Origin: Phoronis australis
Taxonomy: Eukaryota > Animalia > Phoronida
Assembly (NCBI GenBank): GCA_002633005.1
Contig: NMRA01000029.1
Location: 902,086-966,085 of the forward strand
Length of the DNA: 64,000 nucleotides
Direction of reading: 5' to 3'
Both the position numbers and the translations under genes were made by a program. This document shows positions 12,516 to 25,837 of the stretch, piece after piece; the first letter of the stretch is position 1; each line of letters begins with the position of its first letter. The notes beneath the pieces were generated by a model. That model was not told the origin of the DNA. It made no database searches and saw nothing but the letters and a program-made list of their open reading frames with translations.

Positions 12516-13687
12516 CTACGCCTGGTCTCCATAAAACGCACGGAACGCCCAAACTAAATGTAGCTTCAATCTAACCCACTTCGAGGCATTATTGATGGCC
12601 AACTTGTTACCGGGTTATGAAGCTGTCTCATTTATAATTATTTAAACAAACACTTGTCATCTAATATCTCACCTCGTCTAGTTTATCAACAACAGGTAAA
12701 TACGAAATGGGAGGTATATTATCAGCACTGATAATTCTCTGTCAGCAATCAACAAGCACAAACATAACGTTTCTTGTCTCGATTACATGAGCGCAACTGT
12801 TAAATGCTTGCTTAAGACATTTTGCTACAGTATCCAAATTATTTAGTACTCAATTGCCTTGCAAATTATGAACAGTTTTTATTTCGACTATTGTTCTACA
12901 TTTTTATTAAGTGATAAAGTAGAGATTCAATTAAATTTTGTATCGAATATGAAGTTCGTTTCAGCGTTGCAATAATCCCATAAAAGCCTTGTTCCGCTAC
13001 TTAGTGATAGGCCTACCACCATATCTGTTTTGTTGGCATTCAAGAGTATTTGATTAGATTTTTTTGAAAACGGAATATGCTCAAAAAAGCAATCAGTTGA
13101 AACAACCTTATATCACGACTTGCATGCTTTGTCTTTCATTTCTTCATATTTATGTTCTTTATACCAACAAAAAAGAAACAACTGGTATCATGAAAAGCTT
13201 AAAGTGTTATTTGCTTACGCATCGACAAATAGGCAATTTTCGAATATTAGCTCGACTATTCAGTATTGCAAAACTAATCAAATAGCGCACCTGAATGATG
13301 CTTTGGAAAAAGAAGTGCGATATCATAAAAGGAGGGAGTATGAAAGGAAGCTGATCCACTATGCAATGCCGTTTAGTAGCGAAAAATGGATACTGGCAAG
13401 AAATATCTCATTCGTAAAGTTAAAAGAAAAGAAATGATGCAAACAAGTACTTATAATTTTCACTTTGTTGAAGAAGAAAGTAAAATGTACAACCATCTAA
13501 CTTTGCTCAAGCGCTTTTATTACCACATATTGAACTATAGCACCAAACATACGTACGCTTCTGGCTAAACGAATGATACTATTGTTTCATATCAGTGTTA
13601 ACTAAATAGCTCTGGTTATAATACTAGACCGAGAGGATAAAAACAACGTTTAATGTTATTCGATGAATTTGGTACCTAGCAAAAACA

Positions 13688-16600
13688 TCACATTTGTGTT
13701 TTTGCTAACTCTTTATACTGATCCCAGTACCATGAGAAGCAATGGCCGTTGTAGCACCGGAAGCCGAAACCTGACATTTCCGGCTCTCTGTATCCCAGCA
13801 TCCTTGCTATAAAATCCCCAATTACGAAGTTCCGGTCGTTCTGCAGACACAGCTGGATGGCTGTGCAGATGATGATGAAAGCCAGGAAACCTTCTATGAT
13901 GTAGTGCCTGGTCAACTTTGACGTGTGCTTCGTAACTATTGAGGTCAAACGCAGATTGTCGTAGGCGAGTCTACAAATCTGAAATTGACCAGTCAGCATA
14001 GATTTGATGAAAGTAAAATCCCTTCAAAACAACAACAGTAATAACAGTTGCAACAATTTACTTAAAAAAATCGCCAAAAACACAACTTCGATGAAAACAT
14101 TATCCGTAATGTGCATTATCGGAAAAACAATACAACAGAAAACAATAAAAAAATGACATTTGAACTAACTTCAACCAGTAAATGCAAGTAATTAGATGGT
14201 AAAGATATTGGGAGCGAGGAATAGGAACTGGTGAAGGATGACGGGCTGGTGAACAGACTGAAGGTTTCGTAACGCAGGTATACCTTGATGTCTTTGATCA
14301 AAAGACTGGAGCGAGAGAAGTGAAGTCTTTTGATTTGGAGTAGAAACTTTGAACGACCGTGGCCAAACTAGGAATTCCGGATGTAATTTAGCTTATGATG
14401 ACGCGACTTGGATATTTTGGTCAGTTTGAAATCTACCTGGTTCTGCGCTAGTTGTATTGCATCCTGGACTTTCTGATCACGTATCACCACTTCTTTAGGA
14501 CTGGTGGTTTCTGTTCCTACCATGACGTCACCGAACATTTCAGTCGTTGGCTGGGCGCTCTTGGCGACGTAGTTACAAACGCATTTCAAGCTACAGAAGA
14601 AGGAGGGCAATTTTGATTTCAAGCATGCATAGGCGTTCTGCTGCTTCGAGAACCCCACTGACGGTGTTTCGCGTGCTCTTTTGATACATCATATCGTGCA
14701 GTTTACTGAGCGTCTGTATTTAAAGAGAAACCAAACCATGTTTGATAATTTTACCCAAAACTGCTTACGTCCCTGTATAATTTTATTACTTCCCTGGAAA
14801 GATAAAAGCATCACTCAGCTAAAATTCTGCCCTCGCTGTTTCACGTTTTCCAACACCGTCGGCCATTAACACCACCGAAGCGTTAGTAACGCTTGCCGAT
14901 TTAACAGATTTTTGTAAGGAATTGTCGCGAACTTTTGAGCGTAGATGAAAGCTTTGAAAGGGTTATAATGCTTCGAAGATTTAAGTGCAAAGCCCACATT
15001 AATGTCCGTTAGTAGTCGAAGTCCGAGTCTAGTATCCCTTTTTAAAACTGAAGGAATCGTACCACCGCATTTCCGACTGAGTTCGCGACATTGCTTCAAC
15101 AAACGCTCCCACTCTGACACGTCAAACGACAATGCTTCTACATGTGAACAACTACCCAAAGAACTATAAATTATAGTATCCTAAGTATATTCAGTTATAA
15201 TTACTTGATTAATAAATACTGATTAACCAAGGCGGTAAAAAGAGGAGGCAGTGTGGCCTAATAAGATAAGTGTGAGCTTCCTTTACGTAAGGTTGTGGAT
15301 TCGACTGCCACTGGGAACATTGCTAGACCCTTGGGTCACGTCTCTAGCTTCTCAACTCTGTTTTAGCTGTATATTGATAAATCATACACATGGTTCAAGC
15401 TGATCACTGCAATGGGTCCACCTGAGCGGCCTATGCACGTCTGGTACAACGTGTTCCAGAACGCCTGTAATGATTTTAAAATTTAATACGGTAAAATAAC
15501 TACTTTTTCAAAATTAACCCCTTTTCATTTTCAAGGACTTCTAAATTTGTTGTTATATCCAATGTTTTCCAAACTATTGTTTTGCATTAAGTTGCTGCCA
15601 CACACCTTTCATGGAAAATGAGACAATAAATTCACCTGTCGGCCATATTGTGCCTTGAATTGGTGCGATTATACCGCATAACCAGTAACTGTCATTTGAA
15701 ATATAATATGTTATAAATTATATTACCCTAGGGTATAAATAGCAGTTGGTGACAAGCTGGAAAAGTCTACTGGATCCTTTACGCTGTCAACTTCGGCCGC
15801 TAGGAGCAGGATGGTCTCAGTGCTGATTTCACGATATCCTAGAAACAGTTAACGCCATTATGGCATCGTCATCTCATAATCATCATCACCACCACTTTCA
15901 CCGTCACCGTTACATTTGTCATCGTTACTGTCATCTACAGTGTCTAAGATGCTTGCTTTTACCTGAACAACGTGATGACAAATTAAGATACTGGTTCGTT
16001 ACAGTAGGCAAGTTTGGCTGAATACTTGCAAAAACCTCCCTATTGTGTGACCAAAGACTTAATATGGTTTAACTGAAAATATTTTCGAAGTAAATTCAAT
16101 ATCTAAAGGAATACATCATGCTGTGATACTATCGACACCATGCGAACCACTTCTCTTGATGGAGAGTTTCAAAACAAAAAGTAAAAGAAAAGGATTTACC
16201 AGGCAACAAAAACACGTCAACGTGTTGGCACTGTCCGGGCTCAATGAATCCGTTAGAGGGCGCCACACGATACCACACAGCAGATTCTGGTTTTAGTTTG
16301 AGCTGCAGGCAACATAAAGTAATTGCGACTGTGAGAAAGGAATTGCCAGGCATGTTACAGACACTGCACTAAGTAAACGCTACGGTACGACAATGTGCAA
16401 CTACACAGGAATTATGCTTTTTTAATTCTGCCACCTGAAAACAAAACTAGGCTATTAAAGTAAATTTTTAAAAACATGCACTGGCTTACTTCAGTTACTC
16501 TAGGACTCTATAAGCGTTGTCCGACAATGAGAATTTGATGCGCACCCTGAGTGTAGCATACAAAATAACCGCCAAGTTCAGTGTTTCAACATCAGGCAAA

Positions 16601-17921
16601 AAGTAACAGCTCTTGGTTACATAAATGGCAAAATTTATCGCACGGTTTTGGCCATCTAAATTAATGAAACGCCATGTGGTAAACAGGGGAACAACAAAAA
16701 AGTCTGAAAGGAACACACGAAATTATTTTCGTAACAAATTGTAGGTAGGCACAGGGTGTTCATGGAGTAATGAATATGTTCATACTATTAGGGTAACGAG
16801 TACCTAAACACGCACCTTGAACGCCATTGGTTTCTCTCCCACATTTTCAAGTGTCACGTAACGGCACGCTTCTTTGTCAGGACTGTGCTCCGGAAATCTG
16901 AGGGTGTCGTCACTGCAGCCAACATAGATAATAAAGCCGATGGTATAAGAGGCGTTATCAACGCAGTAGAAGAATATAAAAACATGTAGTTTTACAAGGG
17001 AACGGTAAGAATAAAAGCTTGTCGTCTTTGAAAAAAAAACTTTCAACTAACCATTGATTGAAATCATTCAATTTACAACTCAGCTAATTGAAACGGCTGC
17101 AAACCCACGTTACGTTGGAGACATAAATTTTTATGTTTATCACTCATCGCTATAAGTTGGTCTCCACCTTCTCCTTACGTGGATGAGAAGTGATTTTGGT
17201 CTGGCAAAGAACTGGCGGTTTTGGTCGAAACCATGGTGGGAGAGAAAAGTGACACGCAGTGACAAGGTAACGTAATGTAGAGCCTTGACTCAAGCAATGA
17301 CAAACTGTCAGTTCTTTCCAAGCCAAAAATTCACAATTCACAAAAAATCTGTAGAGTCAAAATCAAAAGTTGTTTCTTGTGACAGATGGCAGGTTTATGA
17401 CAGCTTTCATTTTTAACGCTTTGAGCTTGTAGTTGAATAATTATTTTCTACGACCGCATGACAACCAGTTGTCGTCAGAAGCAAAAGAATTACTTTTACT
17501 CATTACCACAATTGCAAGACATTCAAAAGCGAACCTTTTAAATTTCTTCTACAAAACGGGTACGATACCTTACAACCAAATAAGACGGAATTACAGAACT
17601 GTCGCTTTCTTTAACCTCTTCCTCCGTAAGCGCCAAGGCGTCACCACTTGGACTTCCCATGGTGTTGGCAACCTGCTGCGTCTCGCCTTCTATCGTTTGG
17701 CTTCGAGTTGGTGTAATATTCAATTCCAACAATGCCTCGAGGTCAGCACTCGTTAACGTGGACTGTTCTGCACCATTCGGGATATTTGCGTCCCCCGTGG
17801 AGTCAGGGATTGGCGCTCGTGAAGATACGCAACCGGATGTGACGAAATCCCCAGCTAGGAACTCCGACTTGTTGGATTCCGAAATTGAGGATTCGCTGAT
17901 ACACGGAGATATCCTCTCCAT
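13688..17921 (-). CDS. Divergent VAP-like protein (MSP domain, coiled coil, TM helix), 6 coding exons, ~369 aa
   Basis: Exons on -: 17921-17569, 16912-16816, 16302-16200, 15838-15727, 14590-14437, 13978-13688. All introns are GT-AG with compatible phases (2,0,1,2,0); 1110 nt in total. MSP fold motifs: YLVVSDDTLRF...VTLENVGEKPMAFKLK...YRVAPSNGFIEPGQCQHVDVFL...LKCV. VAP-type coiled coil AQNQICRLAYDNLRL; TM IIEGFLAFIIICTAIQLCL. AATAAA (-) at 13516-13521. Further upstream exons are possible (acceptor at 17934). Confidence 0.82.
15244..15480 (+). mobile_element. Degenerate tRNA-derived SINE
   Basis: A-box-like tggcctaataag, B-box-like ggattcgactgcc, then a cccttgggtcac core-like segment. Confidence 0.45.
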
Positions 17922-18260
17922 TTGGCACGGTAAACTGCGATATCGAGAAACGTGTTTATTTGGTACAACGCCGCGTTAGATTTTTGACACCATACACAAA
18001 AGATGACGATAGCACCTGATAACATTTGTACCTGAAGATGGCATACGTACTTTATTCGTAACGTATGACAACTTGTTTTTGAACAGCGCAAGAAAAGCTG
18101 TATGTGGTGAAGACATATGGCAGTGTAAAAAGCACGCGCAAATCGGTCTTTATGCGTTCAGATAATTATTTGTGACCATTAACATAAACAAATTTCTAAA
18201 ACGGGTTCAAGAAACATAAACTAAAAATGGCAAATAGAGTTGAGCAGATTTCGTCCAGCA

Positions 18261-19501
18261 TTGACTTCTGAGCCTGAATAGCTTGCTCAGACAGACACAA
18301 ATAACCATAAAAACGACAATAGTAACGCCTGTTCTTACAAATTTCATATGACGTCGTCAAACTTTCTTCGAACTTTCGAAGTTTGACAAGGATCACAGTT
18401 TTATGTGGGTTAAGTGATGTAATAGCGGTCACTATGTGATGTAATAGCGGTCACTATGTGATGTAATAGCGGTCACTATGTGATGTAATAGCGGTCACTA
18501 TGTGATGTAATAGCGGTCACTATGTGATGTAATAGCGGTCACTATGTGATGTAATAGCGGTCACTATGTGATGCAATAGTAGTCACTATGTAATGTAATA
18601 GCAGTCACTATAGTTTATTTTGTTTAAAGCTGGCTTAGTGCATCTTTAACGATAGTTTTTGGTGTTCTGGTTGTAAATGAATCGGAAATTTTGAAATTGA
18701 AAGAAGAAAAAATACTCACACCATACGTAAAATTGTCTCGTCTGATAACTTCTTAAAAACCACATTCTCCGCTCCATCTGGTATTTCGGCTGCTACTACA
18801 AGAATCTCATCTTGACTTTGAAAACGTTCTAAAAAGTTAGAGCTTCGAATTTTAATTTGGAAATCAACTGGATAGCTTAANTTGACTTCTGAGCCTGAAT
18901 AGCTTGCTCAGACAGACATAAATAACCATAGAAACGACAATAGTAACGCCTGCTCTTACAAATTTCATATGACGTTGTCAAACTTTCTTCGAACTTTCGA
19001 AGTTTGACAAGGATCACAGTTTTATGTGGGTTAAGTGATGTAATAGCGGTCACTATGTGATGTAATAGCGGTCACTATGTGATGTAATAGCAGTCACTAT
19101 GTGATGTAATAGCGGTCACTATGTGATGTAATAGCGGTCACTATGTGATGTAATAGCGGTCACTATGTGATGTAATAGCGGTCACTATGTGATGTAATAG
19201 CAGTGTCACTAAGTGATGTAATAGCGGTCACTGTAGTTTATTTTGTTTAAAGCGGGCTTAGTGCCACTTTAACGATTTTTTGGTGTTCTGGTTGTAAATG
19301 AATCGGAAATTTTGAAATTGAAAGAAGAAAAAATACTCACACCATACGTAAAATTGTCTCGTCTGACAACTTCTTAAAAACCACATTCTCCGCTCCATCT
19401 GGTATTTCGGCTGCTACTACAAGAATCTCATCTTGACTTTGAAAACGTTCTAAAAAGTTAGAGCTTCGAATTTTTATTTGGAAATCAGCTGGATAGCTTA
19501 A
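18261..19501. repeat. ~620-bp tandem duplication split by a single N (18881); probable haplotype or assembly artefact
   Basis: 18261-18880 is nearly identical to 18882-19501, with scattered SNPs and indels. Confidence 0.85.
18415..18612. repeat. 22-bp minisatellite (GTGATGTAATAGCGGTCACTAT) x ~9; second copy at ~19035-19233
   Basis: Head-to-tail units with no spacers; the last units are degenerate. Confidence 0.9.
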
Positions 19502-20996
19502 TGAGGAAATTCATTGGAAAAAGCGTCGCCATTGGACAAAAGCAAGCGACTGCTTTCCATACACTAGCTAACCAATAATCTTAGAAGACTTTTACAAAAA
19601 GACATTTTTTTCACACCAGGAAGCCACGAGTTATTTGCTGCCTTTGCGAAATCGTTGAATGATTTCAGTGTAGTTAGTGAATAGGTTCAACGCCAGTGAT
19701 ACATGCGCGCACCTCGCCTTTTATAGGGGGGAGGGCTCGAATTTCCGGCTATGTGGACTTTTTACCAACAAAAAAGCCGAATGATTAAAAAAAAACGGGG
19801 TACCACGTCCAGGACTGGGAATTGTGCGTTGGCGCCTTTTTAGTGGACTTTTTATCTCGCTTTCTCGGACTTTTTGTTTCACTGGGGCGGACCTTTTTGT
19901 CCACTTCGCCAATTGGGGGGAGCTCATTCGAGCTGCCCCCCTGGGTGAGCGTATCTGATATAAAAAATTAAAAGATTCAACGTGAACAAACAGGTCAAGT
20001 ATCTGCAAGACACAAAATTTTGTGAGAAAACACCTGTAATGTAATCAATAAACCCTATTCAGATGGATCTGACGAATGAAAACAGAATGACCTAAAAGAC
20101 ATATAACCTCAAAATGTGAAACTGTAAAAGGCCAACTGCCGACAGTTAAAGTTGCATTTCGCCCTGTTTAGCTGGCTAAAAAACAAAATCGAATTGGGTT
20201 TTTAACTCTCATAAAATCGGTCTCATAATATCCCTTATCTTGAATCGCTGATGGTTTCACTTTTCCAGTTGGTAACGGAAATAGAATCTTAATACGGTGA
20301 GGAGTATAATTTTGTAAGAGTGAAAGGCCTAATACGATTTTTTGTTTTTTGCAACTTAACAGGGCAAAATACAGGTTTAAATAACAACCTGGTAACATGG
20401 CGAGGTCTACATCAATTTTTTCTTCCGGTCCAAGGACTGATTTCTGAGGAAAGCATCGGTATCCTGACGAGGCATCACGTGGTAACTTTATCTGTAATCA
20501 CAATTTGTTTTTGTATCTTTTTGTAAATGTTTGCCAAGTCTAAGATTAAGAGTGCAGCAAGTTTACAGTATGACAAATGTGTCATATTTTTGTCGCCTTG
20601 TGGACAACACAGTCGTTACTTTATTAGTGCTAATACTCGGAATACTCGGACGAAACCAGACAACAATTAATTCCAACACAGAAACTAGCAGTAGTTGTTA
20701 TGTGCCCACATCCAGATGAGTTCTCTTTTGACAGTTCCCGTTCATTTAGTGTTGAAATAGTCTTGGGGTGCTTGGCTACTGATCATTCCTAAGCGAAAGC
20801 AACCTAATTTACATTATTACTAGGATAAAGAGTATTAAAATACGCAATTTCGACGAAATGAAGGCAAGCAAATTATTTTCGTTTGCACTAAGACGTTTGA
20901 TGTAACGTCGTGAGTATTTGACAGTTTTAAGCAGGTGTTGCGGTCTCTCTAAATCAGAGAAGGAACCTTGCCACTTCAAAATGAAGATTATAAAAA

Positions 20997-22336
20997 CAAC
21001 TCTAATACACTTAACAAGACAAAGGCTAGTAGACCTGTGTATTTCGCGAGACAGTGATCAAGGCAAGCCTGCCAATCCCACTTAGCTTCTAAAATACAGA
21101 CGACGAAGATCGAGGAACAATATACTGTGTTTCCAAATGTGACTTAATGTCAGAACGGAAGGACAGCGACTTTTACACCATTAAAAGCATTTCAAACAAA
21201 AAAGTTTGTCAAAATTGAACACTTGCGTTGGTTCCTATTGGAGTTCACAGTTAAAGAGGCATGGAACGCGAAAGCTCGTCAAAAATATCTTTTAAGCAAT
21301 TTCTGACGAAAGTAACATCTCGCAACGTCTAGTACAGAGTAATTCCCCTGTGTGGTAGGCCTAATTTCCAGAAAAAACACAAAATTCACGGTTTTTGAAA
21401 TACGTGCGAATGAAAAACTCTGTGGTTACCACGGAGTTTCTAATCTCCCTCCCAATTATGATGATTGTGCGCATGCGCTCACAGTCAGTTGCTTGAAGTC
21501 CCTTGAGGCCAAAGGTCACATTTTCCATGTAAGAGAAATGTACTACGTCTATGTCTTGCCACACCAAACAAGGAGGCATGCTCTTGATCGTTTTTTTTTG
21601 AAATTTGAAACTAAAAGAAAATGCTTGGATATCAACAGAAATTAAAAATATTTACGAACAAACTCTNCAACTCTAATACACTTAACAAGACAAAGGCTAG
21701 TAGACCTGTGTATTTCGCGAGACAGTGATCAAGGCAAGCCTGCCAATCCCACTTAGCTTCTAAAATACAGACGACGAAGATCGAGGAACAATATACTGTG
21801 TTTCCAAATGTGACTTAATGTCAGAACGGAAGGACAGCGACTTTTACACCATTAAAAGCATTTCAAACAAAAAAGTTTGTCAAAATTGAACACTTGCGTT
21901 GGTTCCTATTGGAGTTCACAGTTAAAGAGGCATGGAACGCGAAAGCTCGTCAAAAATATCTTTTAAGCAATTTCTGACGAAAGTAACATCTCGCAACGTC
22001 TAGTACAGAGTAATTCCCCTGTGTGGTAGGCTTAATTTCCAGAAAAAACACAAAATTCACGGTTTTTGAAATACGTGCGAATGAAAAACTCTGTGGTTAC
22101 CACGGAGTTTCTAATCTCCCTCCCAATTATGATGATTGTGCGCATGCGCTCACAGTCAGTTGCTTGAAGTATCTTGAGGCCAAAGGTCACATTTTCCATA
22201 TAAGAGAAATGTACTACGTCTATGTCTTGCCACACCAAACAAGGAGGCATGCTCTTGATCGTTTTTTTTGAAATTTGAAACTAAAAGAAAATGCTTGGAT
22301 ATCAACAGAAATTAAAAATATTTACGAACAAGCTCT
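20997..22336. repeat. ~670-bp tandem duplication split by a single N (21667); probable assembly artefact
   Basis: 20997-21666 is nearly identical to 21668-22336. Confidence 0.85.
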
Positions 22337-22431
22337 AAAAGTACCTGGTGAGCAGGTTGAATTCAGTTTTAGTGGCAGAGAAGCACTTTTAATATTAGAA
22401 ATTTAGTCTGTTTATGGCGTTCCAGGCCCCT
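21926..22431. mobile_element. Kolobok-type non-autonomous element with TTAA target duplication
   Basis: TTAA|agaggcatggaacgc ... gcgttccaggcccct|TTAA: terminal inverted repeats with purine-purine start and TTAA on both sides. Confidence 0.65.
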
Positions 22432-25400
22432 TTAAGTTATTGATCACTATCCAAAAAACCTACCTTGAAAGCGACACGCTTGTCGTGCAAATTTTCGATG
22501 GTTAAAAGAAACGAAGACGCCTCGTAGAACGGAACGAAAGGGAAGACGATCACTTCGCAACTAATTTGAACAGAAAGAATGGAAACTTTAACTATTATCG
22601 TCGATGAACAAAACAAACATAAATTTTCATGTCGGGGTACCCCAAAATTTTCCCGCCAATAGTCATGAACCGTGTTCTACATATCCTCTACCCTATAAGC
22701 GCGAATATTCTGTAATCAAATAAGAATTATGCTAGAAAGAATACAGTGTCGTGTTGCATGAAACAGTCCCATACAGGGACTCAACTAAGTTCCCTTAATC
22801 TTTAGCCCATTTGAGACTTTCTTTACTCACAGATGTAATCTTTGTTATCGTTTCATCTTTATTATGAGCTCCTCTTTGATTAATGACGTTTTATAATAAT
22901 ATAACTAAAACTGACCCCTTAAGTTAGGGGCGTTAATTTCGCTAATATTGAGAATTCAGCTTAGAGTTCACTCTCGATTTGTATCAAAGCTATAAGTATA
23001 GTAATAAAACTAAAACAGCATAAGGAAGGACAATCGGGATTTTCAAAAGTCCACAAATACGTAATAGATTTAAGAAACTTAGTCAAGCCCCTGTTTGGGA
23101 CTGTTTCCTGCAACCGGACACTGGAGTCCAATATGCCGTGAATATGGGTGCGCATTTTCTACAATTCATCGAGCAGACGGCTTCTCGCCCAATTCGTAGT
23201 TAGCAGTCCTGGAATACTGTCCCTTACTATTTACAAGCAGAACGTGTACTCAACAGTGTAGGCGGAGTGATCCAACTCGTTCACTGACTATACCTGAATC
23301 GAAGAAAGGGCCGGTTAGACTTGTCCACAAGAACCTGAAAAAAACGAAAATACGTAGTTATTTATTAAAGTAACATAGGGAAATTTTTACAAGCTGAATA
23401 CAGAATGTTCAATTTTGAAAGTTTAAGATTAAATTCGCAGTTGTTTTCGGTGCTTACTTTCGTCATAATGAGCGTTATTCTTGCATTACTCTCCCAACTA
23501 CCAAACCCACTTCGTCCGAACTGTTTTGACGTTTCACTGACGTCACTCTCTGTTCGCGGCGCTGTTCGCTTATATTTGCGTGAAATTTGTATGTACCATT
23601 GTATCGATTTCAGAACTACACTCTAGTGGGGAAAACGAGTCATTGATGCAAACTCGGCACCGTTTAACACAGTCAAATATTTTCGACGAGGCATCAGATG
23701 ACTTTTCTGTAAAGGAAGATATTTTGTTAACCTTTTCCGCTTTGAAATCACTTCCTCATATTCTAAGTTATAATCTAAATTGGGTCCATTTAACTTAGGA
23801 ATAGCCAATACCCGATCAGCCTTAATTTATAACCCGAATGCAAGTTATTAACCAGACAAACACAAAATATGCGCAAAAATTCTTCAGTTTGGAACGCAAT
23901 ATGACACAAGCAGGTAAAATTTTTGCTGTCAAATTTTTCAATAAAAAGAACTTTTCTGGAAACTTCTTTTGATTTTGCATGGCTTGTAGGTCGATGCAAT
24001 TGTAAGGCTGTTAACAAATTGTAGGAAATTGTTTGAGAATTTGTAGCGATGTGATAAGCATCTAAATAACTGCTGTTCTAGTACAAGTTTAAGTCTCCAA
24101 AAACCGAAGATTTTTTACCCTAAGTCTCCAATCTTTTCATACCACGATGGAAACGTTTTTATCCCCCAATAGATCATTCGGGACAATGGCAAGTAAAATT
24201 GAATCTCGAAATACCATCAACATCAACAATATCACAGGGTAGGTCAAAACAACAAAAATATGCCGCTTTAAAAAGCAGATAATCACTATCATAATGTCTA
24301 TTGCGACGGTAAAAACCTGTTATCATGGCATAAGTTTTTGAAACCAGTTTTCAGAGATCATTTACACATTTCCACACTTGGGCTGAACGTAGACTGGAAA
24401 TATGTTCATGAAACCACTGGCTGGTTGAAAAGTTTGTCACCATCACAAGAATTCCAGAAAAATGGCGGGTGCCGAGAATAAAGTAAGACCACAAAATTAT
24501 GCTAACGTAAATAAAAGGAACATAAGAGAATTTTAGAAGTTAAAAAGAAAGTATTCATATATGTTTTAAACTCTTGACGTAGGGAACGTCCTTTCAATTG
24601 CGGTAACTGGAAAATTCGTTTTTGTTAACGTACATTATGTGTACATTTAGGCCCCTGTCTCTGAATAAGTGACACTGCGGCAACATCTGATCATTTTAGG
24701 GAGTCGCGCCAATAAGTAAAAAACCAGAGGTCAGAGTGTGAAGCAGTTTTTCACCGAGGGTAGTTTCACCAGCATTACCAGTGCTTTGCAAAAGGACACA
24801 TTCACACACTTTGGCGTTTTTAAGTTATGAGCAACGCAAGCACTAGGACGCAGAAGCCAATATTTGTGCAATGTTTGTTCGCCTACACACGATTCGAATC
24901 CTGGCCTCATATGCGAGAGCACACGGGCAAACCGATTGCGGGCAATGTTCTCAAAATAAGTGGTCATTAAACATGTGTTCAACTTCTCAGTTTTTCACAT
25001 AGTCTCATCCTGTCTGTAAAACGCTCGTACTTACAGACCATCGTATACAAACCAAAGACCTATAATTTCATTGCACGCCTCAGATGGTGTACACACGATG
25101 GTCGAAGAGCTACGTAAACATGCTCCAATAAAATGTTCCTTTTATCTTGTGGAATGATATTTCGCGGTCATATTTTTGGACAACCTTACGACATCGGACT
25201 CCAAATGATAGACAATATGAAAAAGTGGCGAATGAACTGGAAAATCGAAGTCAAATCGTGTGCATAAGTATTAACGCGTCCCATTTATGTGAATGAACGT
25301 TCACATGCACGTTAAAAACGGCAAAGAAATCAGCCAGCTGCTGTTCAAGGAACATACACCTGTCCCGGAAAGTTACTCAATTTTTTGAGAAAAACATTGT

Positions 25401-25530
25401 TTCGAACATTCGGCGTGTGCACAAAAATACGGACACATACCGCCAATATTCGAGGTCTGTTTCTAGGACAACAGTGTATGGCGATTACGTAAGATGAATG
25501 GGAGAACAAACCATCTCAAAACATTGCACA

Positions 25531-25536
25531 TTTATT
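25531..25536 (-). promoter_or_regulatory. Candidate distal polyadenylation signal of the ELKS gene (implies a ~5.7-kb 3' UTR)
   Basis: AATAAA on - followed by GU-rich tgtgcaatgttttgagatggtttgttctc. Confidence 0.35.
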
Positions 25537-25738
25537 CATAAACCTGTATAATAAATAACTCGTAGCGGACAACCACGCAAAAATGATAACGAAAATGCAA
25601 CATTCGATTACATTTTCATGGTAAAACTAATTTCCTATCACGTAATTACATAACATTCTTTCTCGATAAAATGACTAAGAAACTTCCATTTCAGTTGCTA
25701 CGGTAATTCTTCATTTATTTCGCACACAAATGGGTAAT

Positions 25739-25837
25739 GTTCGGATATAACGTGCCCAAATTTTGAGAACAAGTTTTCTCCACTGAATAACGGACACCAA
25801 ACTGGTTCTCAAAATACGGGCACGTTATATATCGAAC
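25739..25837. mobile_element. Small palindromic MITE (~38-bp arms)
   Basis: gttcggatataacgtgcccaaattttgagaacaagttt pairs with aaactggttctcaaaatacgggcacgttatatatcgaac. Confidence 0.7.

Noticed and set aside
12050-12574. Val/Gly/His-rich ORFs on both strands
   Set aside because: Products of GGT/GAT low-complexity sequence with no recognisable domain.
17844-17900. FFAT-like autoinhibitory motif (SESNKSEFLAGDF) in the VAP-like N-terminus
   Set aside because: It matches only E-F of EFFDAxE, which is too weak.
18415-19233. 22-bp repeats as a CRISPR array
   Set aside because: Units are head-to-tail with no unique spacers, there are no cas genes, and the context is eukaryotic.
21352-22271. Duplicated ~82-97 aa ORFs as tandem paralogues
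   Set aside because: They lie inside a Kolobok-type MITE within an N-split assembly duplication.
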